Positions 17,654-25,869 of a stretch of DNA of 26,753 bases are shown here, piece by piece. Position 1 is the first letter of the stretch, and each line of letters opens with the position of its first letter. The notes under the pieces were generated by a model, which was not told the DNA's origin, searched no databases, and was given only the letters and a program-made list of their open reading frames with translations. The DNA is from a virus (Duplodnaviria > Caudoviricetes). Location of the stretch: positions 1 to 26,753 of the IMG/VR virus record IMGVR_UViG_3300027758_000025; one strand, given 5' to 3'. A program made the translations under genes and the position numbers.

Positions 17654-17989
17654 TTAATGGGTACTACTGAATTGATAATGCTTGAGGCGACGCACATCAC
17701 CCAAGTCATTGTCGAAGCCGACAATCAAATCTTTTAGGTACTGCATTCCGCTTCGAATTTTTTGCAGCTCTAAGTCGTTAAACGACTCAAAAGCGCGTTG
17801 GTAATCTCTAGCAGGCAAACCACCTGCAATAAGCACTAGGCCTCGGCTTTTATCCGGCAGTGCATCGAATGTTTCTCTCAACTTGCAGCGAGTGGCCTCG
17901 CCAGTGAAAAGAGCCTTACAAGCTGCAATGCTTTCAGCAGCATTTGGTGTCTGGAACTTTTGCTCTCGTTTAATAGCTAACTGACTCAC
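17654..17989 (-). CDS. early protein, weak resemblance to P2 gpB-type helical repeat
   Basis: GTG start with AAGGAG RBS; F..L...R..VL.AGG....F..F...E pattern; follows cII. Confidence 0.65.
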   Translation of the reverse strand: MSQLAIKREQKFQTPNAAESIAACKALFTGEATRCKLRETFDALPDKSRGLVLIAGGLPARDYQRAFESFNDLELQKIRSGMQYLKDLIVGFDNDLGDVRRLKHYQFSSTH

Positions 17990-17998
17990 GTGGACTCC

Positions 17999-18538
17999 TT
18001 AGGTTAAACCTGGGATTGGTGCACCATTAGTCAGAAACTCTGAGCCCATCTGCATTAGTGGCTGTAAGCCTGTGGTGCGGTTTTCTAAATCATTGACGAA
18101 CAAGACCAAGTTACCGATGGCAGCTTGCACCTTGGCGATGGTTTTGCGTTTTTGACTGCGAGGTAAACGGTCTGCACTGCACATGTGCATTGCATCGCTA
18201 GACAGCTCACCTGAATATTGGTTATTGAGCAGAGTGCGCTCTAATAGGTTCTTGTCTTCACCTTCTTGTGGCAGTTGGACTGTCACTACTCCGAGATCAG
18301 CAAAGAGTGTGTTCACAATGGTGTAATCGCCGGATTCTTTACTCAGCAATGCCAAATCAACTGGGTCTAACCTGTGAGGCTGTTCTGGGTTCAGCTTGTT
18401 ACGCAGCATTCTCCCAGTCAGTCCGATACGTGGCGCTAGCTTTTCCATATTGTGATTGACGGCGAAGTCGCTGCATGCAGCGTTGAAAGATTGCTGTTTG
18501 CGTTCGCGTAATCCGCACATGGCGATTTGTTTGTCCAT
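17999..18538 (-). CDS. cII: CII establishment regulator (186 CP76-like)
   Basis: Start ATG 18538; AC..FA..HN...LA...G....LRNKLNPEQPH.L HTH signature. Confidence 0.92.
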   Translation of the reverse strand: MDKQIAMCGLRERKQQSFNAACSDFAVNHNMEKLAPRIGLTGRMLRNKLNPEQPHRLDPVDLALLSKESGDYTIVNTLFADLGVVTVQLPQEGEDKNLLERTLLNNQYSGELSSDAMHMCSADRLPRSQKRKTIAKVQAAIGNLVLFVNDLENRTTGLQPLMQMGSEFLTNGAPIPGLT

Positions 18539-18549
18539 GATCCACACTC

Positions 18550-18645
18550 TTACATGAAAGGCGGTACGAAAGTGACAACCCAAGCAATCACATGTAGCCA
18601 CAACGGGCAGTATGATTTGGTTGGGATTAAAGAGGATGAATACAT
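18550..18645 (-). CDS. 31-aa hydrophobic peptide between cox and cII
   Basis: Below the ORF-track cutoff: MYSSSLIPTKSYCPLWLHVIAWVVTFVPPFM*. Starts 3 nt after the cox stop and fills the gap. Confidence 0.5.
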   Translation of the reverse strand: MYSSSLIPTKSYCPLWLHVIAWVVTFVPPFM

Positions 18646-18648
18646 GAA

Positions 18649-18861
18649 TCACCCCAAAGCAGCTACAGCTTCGCGAGCAGCTATTTCATGCATTGCCACC
18701 ATATTAATCAGAGGCTTATCACGAGGTTTGTCTTTGGGTTTGATGATGACGCGACCTTCAGTCACGTACTGCCGAATGGTGCCCATAGGAAGGCCAGTGA
18801 TGCGAGAGTATTCTTCGTAAGTCACATATGGACTTAGCGGTGGTATCTTGTACGTTAACAT
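18649..18861 (-). CDS. cox: Cox/Apl repressor and excisionase (RDF)
   Basis: ATG 18861 with TAAGGA RBS; winged HTH PYVTYEEYSRITGLP.GTIR...LINMVA; divergent from cI. Confidence 0.9.
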   Translation of the reverse strand: MLTYKIPPLSPYVTYEEYSRITGLPMGTIRQYVTEGRVIIKPKDKPRDKPLINMVAMHEIAAREAVAALG

Positions 18862-18956
18862 AGTGATATCCTTAGATTTATGTCTATCTTCATCGGTTGT
18901 CTTTAGCTTTGGTCGGCGCGACAATCAACTTTCGAGTACAATATTGATCAATTATT
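18862..18956. promoter_or_regulatory. lysis/lysogeny switch region (lytic and lysogenic promoters, CI/Cox sites)
   Basis: Short intergenic region between divergent cox and cI; TACAAT at 18937-18942. Individual operators not resolved. Confidence 0.65.
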
Positions 18957-19625
18957 ATGGATAGTCAACAGCAGATATCAATTTTTGAGTACCTAAAAGG
19001 TGAGAATTTTACTCAAACCTTGAAGGAGTCTCTGGGTTTATCCACATTTGCAGAGCTCGCAGATGTGACGAACGTAAGCCGTCAGACAATTAGCACTTGG
19101 AATGCCCACAACAGGAACTCACACGAGTTGGTTGTTCGTATTCATTTGAGGACAGGAATCCCCGTTCATGAATTAATTCTTCCGAAGGGCTACCCTCTAA
19201 CGGATCTCCATCATTCATTCTGGAACGACAAAAGGACTGACGAGGTTGTAACTGGTCCATCCAGCCCAGAACTATTGAATCCTCAACTCTCTGTAGTGGT
19301 GGTTAAGAGCTTTTGCCTCTCAAATGGTCAACTTATTCCAACTGGAGAGATGCCATATGCAGAGCGCATGTTTAACTCATGGGATTTAGTTGCAGCTAAT
19401 ACTGTAGAGATAGAAACCAACGAAGGTCGTTTTCTAGTAGACAAGAGACAGAATGATGCGGTTAGTGGGGATTATCTGATCGATATGAATGGACGACTTT
19501 CCATCAACCATATCCAGCGATTGCCAACTAAACTAGCGGTGGTATTTGGTAATTCGACAGTTGAAGTATCAGAAGAAGTTATAAAAGTTATCGGCCGCGT
19601 TGCTGTTGTATTGGAGAAAGTTTAG
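18957..19625 (+). CDS. cI: CI immunity repressor (186/HP1-type)
   Basis: N-terminal HTH (ELADVTNVSRQTISTW); C-terminal domain with AVSGDYLIDMNG.LS...IQRLP and VIGRV. Confidence 0.92.
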   Translation: MDSQQQISIFEYLKGENFTQTLKESLGLSTFAELADVTNVSRQTISTWNAHNRNSHELVVRIHLRTGIPVHELILPKGYPLTDLHHSFWNDKRTDEVVTGPSSPELLNPQLSVVVVKSFCLSNGQLIPTGEMPYAERMFNSWDLVAANTVEIETNEGRFLVDKRQNDAVSGDYLIDMNGRLSINHIQRLPTKLAVVFGNSTVEVSEEVIKVIGRVAVVLEKV

Positions 19626-20542
19626 TGGAATTCCACGCATTAAGAGCGCTACAAGGTGATGCATTCATAGTCAACGATGGTGATACGAGCATCCTTATTG
19701 ATGGCGGTATGCCATCGACCTATGGCCAAATTGCAGGCTGGCTTGATGAGCATACGATAAGTGCAGTATTTATCACACATGTCGACTATGATCATTTAGG
19801 TGGGCTATTCAACTGGTTCACCGACCAAAGCTCAGACCTTTCATCATGTACGTTTTTTATGAATCACCCTGAGTTTCCATGTGAGTATCAGGGTGAAACT
19901 GTTGGCTTCAAACATGGTCATAGCTTAAAAGACCTTTTAACCATGAGAGATCAATACTTCCACAAGTTAATTACGAACCAAGAACTCGAGTATGGCAACA
20001 TAAAAATCCTCGCTTTGTCACCAGACGAAAACGTAGTCGAGATGCTTTATGAAGACTGGGGAAATAACATCATCTATAACGATGGTGTATTAAAGTATAA
20101 AAAAGTCCAAACTCAGTCGGACGATATCATCAACAAATCTTCATTAATCCTACTAGTGTCATGTAACGATGTCAGAGTGTTGATGCTTGGCGATTCGCAT
20201 TGTGACGTCGCATCTGCAAGCCTGAGAAACCAAGGCTATTCTAGAGACAATCCCTTAAAACTGGATATGGTGAAACTATCCCACCACGGTTCACAACACA
20301 ACACAAGTACCGATTTACTTCACCTAATAGATTGTGAAAACTTCTACATATCCACGAATGGCGGAAGATATGATCATCCACATGAAAAGACCATCTTACT
20401 TCTGCAGCAGCGAGCTGCAGAACTTGGCACACATTTCAACATTTTCCTCAATTATGAAATAACACTAGACATACAAAATAAATGTAACTTCTCTCTCGAA
20501 AACTTGAAGTTCATAGAACAATGTTCCGTGGAGTTTAAGTGA
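19625..20542 (+). CDS. MBL-fold metallohydrolase (ComEC/Avs1a-like), putative nuclease effector
   Basis: GDAF, LIDGG, THVDYDHLGG (HxDxDH), LGDS, KLSHHGS and HPH motifs; TAGTG overlap with the cI stop. Confidence 0.9.
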   Translation: MEFHALRALQGDAFIVNDGDTSILIDGGMPSTYGQIAGWLDEHTISAVFITHVDYDHLGGLFNWFTDQSSDLSSCTFFMNHPEFPCEYQGETVGFKHGHSLKDLLTMRDQYFHKLITNQELEYGNIKILALSPDENVVEMLYEDWGNNIIYNDGVLKYKKVQTQSDDIINKSSLILLVSCNDVRVLMLGDSHCDVASASLRNQGYSRDNPLKLDMVKLSHHGSQHNTSTDLLHLIDCENFYISTNGGRYDHPHEKTILLLQQRAAELGTHFNIFLNYEITLDIQNKCNFSLENLKFIEQCSVEFK

Positions 20543-22026
20543 GCATGCTTTATCACAACCCAGAAAAGCTTCACGGAAAGATATACCAAGATGAACAGTG
20601 CATTGGAAGTTGCGTACCATTTGTTTCTCAACAACGAGCATTTGCGATAACATGTCATCACGTTCTTTTTGAACAACGGACACGAGAGCAATTAGATCTC
20701 GAAAGCTTAACTGTTGCAATAGATTCAAAAAGATATAGATTACTAAAGGTAGTTACAGCACATGAGGTATCTTCTGAAAGCGACGTACTAATTGTTGAGT
20801 TATCTATCTCTAATACCGATCAGTTGAGAGGCTTTGCTGATATTGTTTTGTCTACGAAAGTTGATGCGGCAAGTGTCGTCGAACAAAATCATGGTCTCAT
20901 CGTTTGCCACCCCCACGAACATCAAATAGCAACGGTTCAACTTGCCTCACAAGCTAGAAATTGTGGGAACTTCAATATTGAAAGCACAGTCGAAAAAGGA
21001 ACGTTTTACAATCTTGGCAAAGCTAGGGGCGGAGCGAAAGAGTATGCTGGAGTCTCTGGATCCGGGTTATTTATGTATCTTGGTGAAAAAACTTATCTTC
21101 TCGCGTTACTTGCCAAGCTACCAAACAGCTCAATTACTGAAACAGTCGTTCTTAAACGACTGGACTCGATAGCTACAATGTTTGCAGAATCTCAGCTGTT
21201 TTTCGACATTATAAATCCAACGCAGAAACGAACAGAAAATCCAAAAGCCCCCTTAAAAGACGTATGCTTTGTAAACTATACAGAGCGTTCAAAAGACTAT
21301 TATTGTGAAAGGGCTTGTGATTCAGAATTCAACGCAAACCTTGACGATAACATGAATACTTGGCTATATGGTGACTCCGGAACAGGAAAAACGGCACTAT
21401 TAACGCGAACAATGCGTGAGCGAAATGTAAGCCATATTGCCTGTGATTTAGAGCCTGTAACAATCGAATCCAGCGATAGTATCTTCCAAGGTATAATTGA
21501 TGATATAACCCAATTTGTTGAAATCGACGATAGACCAGCAAGTTTAGATGTTAAATCAATCTGCGAATTCTTGCAAAAATGTAAACTCAAAGATGATACT
21601 GTCATAACTATTGATGAAATGAGTTGTTCATCACCAGAAATCATCAAGGCGTTTTGTCAGAAAACTATGAATTTAGTGAGACACTACCAAAAGCTTGAAC
21701 CAAGTAAGAATATTATTTTTGTAATATCAAGTATATTTAATCCCAAACAGCATGGGTGTAGTCCAGGTAAACTAATTGAGTCATTCGAACTGATATGCTT
21801 GAATGACTGGTCTGATGATATTGAAAAATTGTTTAATACACAAAATACTGCTTTGGGCAGCATGATAGAGCAAGACGGTAAACGTATTATCTTAGATAAA
21901 TGCGAGAATCTGCCAAGACTCTTAACTAAAATGGTTCAAAAAATATATAGAAGTGAAGATTTTTCATTAACGTCCGTTTCTAAAATGGTTGATCGAGTAA
22001 TTAGTGAGTATAAAGAGTATGAATGA
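20539..22026 (+). CDS. trypsin-like serine protease fused to a STAND/AAA-like P-loop ATPase
   Basis: Triad motifs ITCHHVL, SDVLIVEL, AGVSGSGL; then YYCER..D, Walker A GDSGTGKT, Walker B VITIDE, and NLPRLL. GTGA overlap with the MBL gene. Confidence 0.85.
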   Translation: MSMLYHNPEKLHGKIYQDEQCIGSCVPFVSQQRAFAITCHHVLFEQRTREQLDLESLTVAIDSKRYRLLKVVTAHEVSSESDVLIVELSISNTDQLRGFADIVLSTKVDAASVVEQNHGLIVCHPHEHQIATVQLASQARNCGNFNIESTVEKGTFYNLGKARGGAKEYAGVSGSGLFMYLGEKTYLLALLAKLPNSSITETVVLKRLDSIATMFAESQLFFDIINPTQKRTENPKAPLKDVCFVNYTERSKDYYCERACDSEFNANLDDNMNTWLYGDSGTGKTALLTRTMRERNVSHIACDLEPVTIESSDSIFQGIIDDITQFVEIDDRPASLDVKSICEFLQKCKLKDDTVITIDEMSCSSPEIIKAFCQKTMNLVRHYQKLEPSKNIIFVISSIFNPKQHGCSPGKLIESFELICLNDWSDDIEKLFNTQNTALGSMIEQDGKRIILDKCENLPRLLTKMVQKIYRSEDFSLTSVSKMVDRVISEYKEYE

Positions 22027-24595
22027 TAAGGTTTTAAAAAACTACACAACTATACCGCCACACCTCTATGTAGAACGATCTGCGGATAAACAGTTAAAAT
22101 ACATAATTGAAGACATGCAACGTCCCGGCTATGTGTTAGTAGCACGTCAAATGGGTAAAACCAATCTTCTATTCAATGCTAGACGAAATTTAGAGTCAAA
22201 TTCTAGAAAATTTGTTTATATAGACTTATCAAATAACTTCTCTACAGAGAGAGAGTGCTATGAGTTTATTATAGGTTCGATTTTAGATGTATTAGATGAT
22301 GAACTATGGGAAATTAGAGATGAAATCGACAAAATATCAATCAGGACAATAACTGACCATGTTTTTTATACAAAGTCATTACTAAAAATACTTCGTCATC
22401 TAAATAGAGACCTTGTTATTATTTTAGATGAAATAGATGCACTTAGAACATCCGAATATTCCGATAACATCTTCGCTGTTATTAGAAGTAATTACTTTGC
22501 ACGCTCTAACTTCCCTGAATTAGAGAAGTTAACTTATATTCTTTCTGGCGTAATAGAGCCAAAAGATTTAATTAAAGATAGAAACAAGTCTCCTTTCAAT
22601 ATTGGCGAAAAGATATACTTGGATGACTTCTCTCGAGAAGAGTTTGGTGATTTTATCTCAAAAAGCAAACTAGAGCTAAGTTCGCACCTCATTGAACATA
22701 TCTTTTCATGGACAAACGGAAACCCTAGATTAACTTTTGACATCTGCTCTGATGTAGAAACTATTTTAAATGAAAAAGAATCAATTAAAAAAGAAGACAT
22801 TGACAACCTAATTAAGAAAAAGTATTTAACCTCATTTGATATCGCTCCAATAGACCATATTAGAGAATTGGTAACAGATGAAAAAGAGATACAAAAAGCT
22901 GTTATACAACTACATTCTAACAATGAAAAAAATGAAATTTCAGATAAAATAAAGAGTAAACTATATCTTTATGGAATAATATCTTCAAGCGACGAGCATG
23001 GTGAGGTTAGAATAAAAAACAAAATAATTGAAGAATCCTTGACTTTATCATGGCTAAAATCTCTATCTGAAGATAGAAAATCAATAATAGATAAAGCCGT
23101 AAGTTTGATAGAGAAATCTCGTGACTATCATCAGGCTATAGAACTACTTAATTCAGTTATAGAGAAAGACAAAACCGAAGACAAGGGTAACCTATCTATC
23201 CCTCTCTTTTATCTTGGCTATGCCGAGCACAGTATAGGCCAATTTGAAAAGTCGAACTTGCATCTATTAGAAAAACCTGTTTCGAAAAATGTATCGCCAA
23301 TATTACATTTTAAAGCTAAGTTTATGGTTGGTCTTAACTTCTACAATCTAAATAATACCGAACTTGGAAATCAAGCATTACAAGATGTTTTAGACAACTA
23401 CCCGAACACAATTACTTGGGCTAATGCAGCTATAAATTTAGCAATACACAATGACAATGATGAAAAGTATCTTGATATTCTGAAAAGTATTATCGATGAT
23501 GACAAAAATATTCATGCAGAAACTGAATCTGAATCTGAATCTGAAGTACAACATCATATTAAGATAATTAAGTCTTATGCTTACAATCAATTAGCAACTA
23601 AAAGCAAGGATTCTAGCGAAAAACTAGACTATATTGAAAAAGCAATTAAGGTAAACATCATAGAGCATGTTCCATACTTCATGTTATTAAGGGGAGTAAC
23701 TCTAGGTATAGATAAGTCAAAAACTTCTCTTGAAATCATAGATTTCGTATTAGATAACCAAATAAACTTCAATACATTAAAAACACCGAAGTCTAATATT
23801 GATTACAACTACGCGCTCCACGCTCAAATTGTTGCATATTGCTTTGAGATGTCAAAAAATAAATTCAGAGAAGTATTAGACTATTCAGTTAATGACCTAA
23901 ATTTAAAAGAAGGCGATTTCATATACGATGTCGGAAATTACATCGATGAAGACTTTTTACGAGCAGAACTTTATCACTTCTACTTTAAAAACATTCCTAC
24001 CTTTGCAGAAAGTAAGCTTTATCGCGCATATATATATAGTGCGTTAGAATATAGCAAAAGATATGAAACGTATTTTTCTGATTATATGAAATCAATGTTG
24101 CATAATGAAACATTGGAGAGTGCAGATATAGCACCACTTTCACTACTATATAAAAGTAGAATCGAAACAGAAAACTCTGAACTGATAAAGCTTGATGATT
24201 ATTTCGATGAATTAACATCACTATCATTAAACTTTAGAGGTAGTGACATTTATGACTCTGCAGTATTATGTTATTGGATTTCTGAATATTATCACCATGT
24301 AGGTAAATTTGGACACTCACAAATATTTGGAAAAGAAGTATTACAAAGGCTAGACACAAAAGATAAAGAAAGGAATATCATTACCGAAGAGGGAGAGAAA
24401 AGTATTAGGACTCGAGTAAGAGCATTACTCGATTTTCGTAAGAGTACTAATAAAACGAAACCTATTAGGAAAACTTACGACTTCGGTAGAAACGAAAAAG
24501 TGACTGTACGTTATAATGATGGCAGTGAAAAGACTGACAAATTCAAAAAGCTTCGGCAAGATATAGAATCTGGTCAATGCACGATTTTGAATTAA
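22019..24595 (+). CDS. STAND/AAA_35-like ATPase with TPR-like helical repeats, putative sensor
   Basis: LYVERSAD, Walker A VARQMGKT, Walker B IILDEID, SPFNIG, WTNGNPRLT (GxP); then TPR-like helices (LFYLGYAEHSIGQFEKS; FMVGLNFYNL...ALQDVLDNYP). Start ATG 22019 or GTG 22004. Confidence 0.85.
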   Translation: MNDKVLKNYTTIPPHLYVERSADKQLKYIIEDMQRPGYVLVARQMGKTNLLFNARRNLESNSRKFVYIDLSNNFSTERECYEFIIGSILDVLDDELWEIRDEIDKISIRTITDHVFYTKSLLKILRHLNRDLVIILDEIDALRTSEYSDNIFAVIRSNYFARSNFPELEKLTYILSGVIEPKDLIKDRNKSPFNIGEKIYLDDFSREEFGDFISKSKLELSSHLIEHIFSWTNGNPRLTFDICSDVETILNEKESIKKEDIDNLIKKKYLTSFDIAPIDHIRELVTDEKEIQKAVIQLHSNNEKNEISDKIKSKLYLYGIISSSDEHGEVRIKNKIIEESLTLSWLKSLSEDRKSIIDKAVSLIEKSRDYHQAIELLNSVIEKDKTEDKGNLSIPLFYLGYAEHSIGQFEKSNLHLLEKPVSKNVSPILHFKAKFMVGLNFYNLNNTELGNQALQDVLDNYPNTITWANAAINLAIHNDNDEKYLDILKSIIDDDKNIHAETESESESEVQHHIKIIKSYAYNQLATKSKDSSEKLDYIEKAIKVNIIEHVPYFMLLRGVTLGIDKSKTSLEIIDFVLDNQINFNTLKTPKSNIDYNYALHAQIVAYCFEMSKNKFREVLDYSVNDLNLKEGDFIYDVGNYIDEDFLRAELYHFYFKNIPTFAESKLYRAYIYSALEYSKRYETYFSDYMKSMLHNETLESADIAPLSLLYKSRIETENSELIKLDDYFDELTSLSLNFRGSDIYDSAVLCYWISEYYHHVGKFGHSQIFGKEVLQRLDTKDKERNIITEEGEKSIRTRVRALLDFRKSTNKTKPIRKTYDFGRNEKVTVRYNDGSEKTDKFKKLRQDIESGQCTILN
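23523..23545 (+). repeat. in-frame hexanucleotide tandem repeat (CTGAAT) x3.8
   Basis: CTGAATCTGAATCTGAATCTGAA, within the codons for TESESESE. Confidence 0.85.
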
Positions 24596-24609
24596 CTCAT
24601 TAATTAAAA

Positions 24610-25632
24610 ATGACCATCAGAAAACTGAAAAATGGGACTCAAAAACCATGGTTATGTGAGTGCTATCCGCATGGCCGAAATGGTAAACGCATCCGCAAAC
24701 GCTTTGCCACTAAAGGCGAAGCGAATGCCTTTGAGATCCACATGATGAAAGAGGTGGACGACAAGCCTTGGCTTGGAGCAAAGCCAGATCACCGTCGCCT
24801 TTCTGACTTGGTAGCACTTTGGTTTAAGTTGCATGGCAAGAATCTAAAATCAGGTGATCATTCTCGCTTACGCTTAGAAATCATGGTTGCCGATCTCGAT
24901 AATCCAATCGCTGCTCATCTAAACTCCCAACAACTGGCGTTGTACAGAGCAAACCGCTCGAACAAAGGGCGAGGCAAACAACACAAGGAGTTGGCGATCG
25001 CCTCAAAGAATACAGACTTCGGCTTGCTGAAATCTGTGTTCAACCGATTGATAAAACTTGGTGAATGGAAACTACCTAATCCGGTGAACGGTATTGATGC
25101 CATCAAAAAGCCACAAACTGAATTGGCGTTCTTATCCGATCAGGAAATTCTGCATTTATTCGAAGTGGCAAAGCAAAGCCCAGTTGGTGACGAGATAATT
25201 AAGATATACAAGATTTGTTTATCCACAGGGGCACGAGTCAGAGAAGCGATATTTCTAAAAGGCTCTAACTTAACGAAGTACCGTATCACGTTTAGCAACA
25301 CCAAAGGCAAACGCAACCGAACGATTCCCATTTCGCAAGAGTTATATAACGAGATTTATAAGCCAACCAATGATCGCCTTTTTACTTGCAGTTACAGAGT
25401 TGTGTATAAATGGATTAAGATAGCATTACCACACTTACCGGAAGGTCAAGCAACACACGTTCTGCGCCATACCTTCGCAAGTCACTTTATGACGAATCGC
25501 GGCAATATCCTTGTATTAAAGGATATCCTCGGTCATAAGATGATTGACCACACTATGATTTACGCCCATTTCTCACCAAATCATTTGAGCGATGCGGTGC
25601 ACCTCAACCCTCTCGCAAACCTCAATATCTAG
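24610..25632 (+). CDS. int: tyrosine integrase (HP1/186 family)
   Basis: PWLCECYP.GR.GKR.RKRFATKGEA arm-binding domain; catalytic TGAR, TKG, HVLRH, LGH and IYAH. Confidence 0.97.
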   Translation: MTIRKLKNGTQKPWLCECYPHGRNGKRIRKRFATKGEANAFEIHMMKEVDDKPWLGAKPDHRRLSDLVALWFKLHGKNLKSGDHSRLRLEIMVADLDNPIAAHLNSQQLALYRANRSNKGRGKQHKELAIASKNTDFGLLKSVFNRLIKLGEWKLPNPVNGIDAIKKPQTELAFLSDQEILHLFEVAKQSPVGDEIIKIYKICLSTGARVREAIFLKGSNLTKYRITFSNTKGKRNRTIPISQELYNEIYKPTNDRLFTCSYRVVYKWIKIALPHLPEGQATHVLRHTFASHFMTNRGNILVLKDILGHKMIDHTMIYAHFSPNHLSDAVHLNPLANLNI

Positions 25633-25673
25633 CCATTAAAAATGGCGACAAGATGGCGACAGCCGCCATTAAA
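25632..25673. repeat. candidate integrase arm-type binding repeats
   Basis: ATGGCGACA at 25642-25650 and 25653-25661 (11-bp period), flanked by GCCATTAAA at 25632-25640 and 25665-25673. Confidence 0.65.
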
Positions 25674-25765
25674 TATCGGTATTAATCGATAGCCATCAGA
25701 ACGGAATAGTTTTCAAACACTCGATATAGCAAGGGATTGCTAGGTTTCGCGAGGGTCACTGAAAG

Positions 25766-25800
25766 AGTGGGACATAATAAAGCTTTATGTTCATTCCACT
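25766..25800. other. candidate att core / prophage-host junction
   Basis: Perfect palindrome ATAAAGCTTTAT (25777-25788) inside a wider imperfect dyad AGTGG...CCACT, between the arm repeats and the grxD terminator. Confidence 0.5.
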
Positions 25801-25805
25801 AACCT

Positions 25806-25837
25806 AAAAAAGAAAAAGGAGCCAATGCGGCTCCTTT
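25806..25837 (-). terminator. intrinsic terminator of grxD
   Basis: AAAGGAGCC-aatgc-GGCTCCTTT hairpin with a T-rich run on the minus strand. Confidence 0.85.
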
Positions 25838-25869
25838 GTATTCTATCGCCAAATGTGAGTATTTACGAA

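Larger units (their letters stand above)
1..25788. mobile_element. P2/186/HP1/K139-like prophage (left part, with the remaining tail genes, lies outside the window)
   Basis: Colinear P2-family gene set: lysis, tail, head L-M-N-O divergent from P-Q, ogr, A, cII-cox-cI switch, int. Host grxD follows immediately. Right boundary inferred from arm-type repeats and a palindromic candidate core. Confidence 0.96.

Noticed and set aside
17300-17737. 145-aa plus-strand ORF, and other short nested or antisense ORFs in the track
   Set aside because: Shadows of well-supported genes, with no motifs.
18862-18956. Specific Cox/CI operator calls from TCG/ATC periodicity
   Set aside because: Too degenerate to assign by eye.
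19625-20542. Beta-lactamase resistance gene
   Set aside because: No signal peptide; HxDxDH and HHGS motifs are ComEC-like.
19625-24595. Calling the cassette canonical Avs1
   Set aside because: The protease-ATPase is only 495 aa with no sensor repeats, and the third gene is a second ATPase-TPR rather than a small Avs1c-type gene.
25633-25869. tRNA or tmRNA at the attachment site
   Set aside because: No cloverleaf or T-loop with a CCA end was seen.
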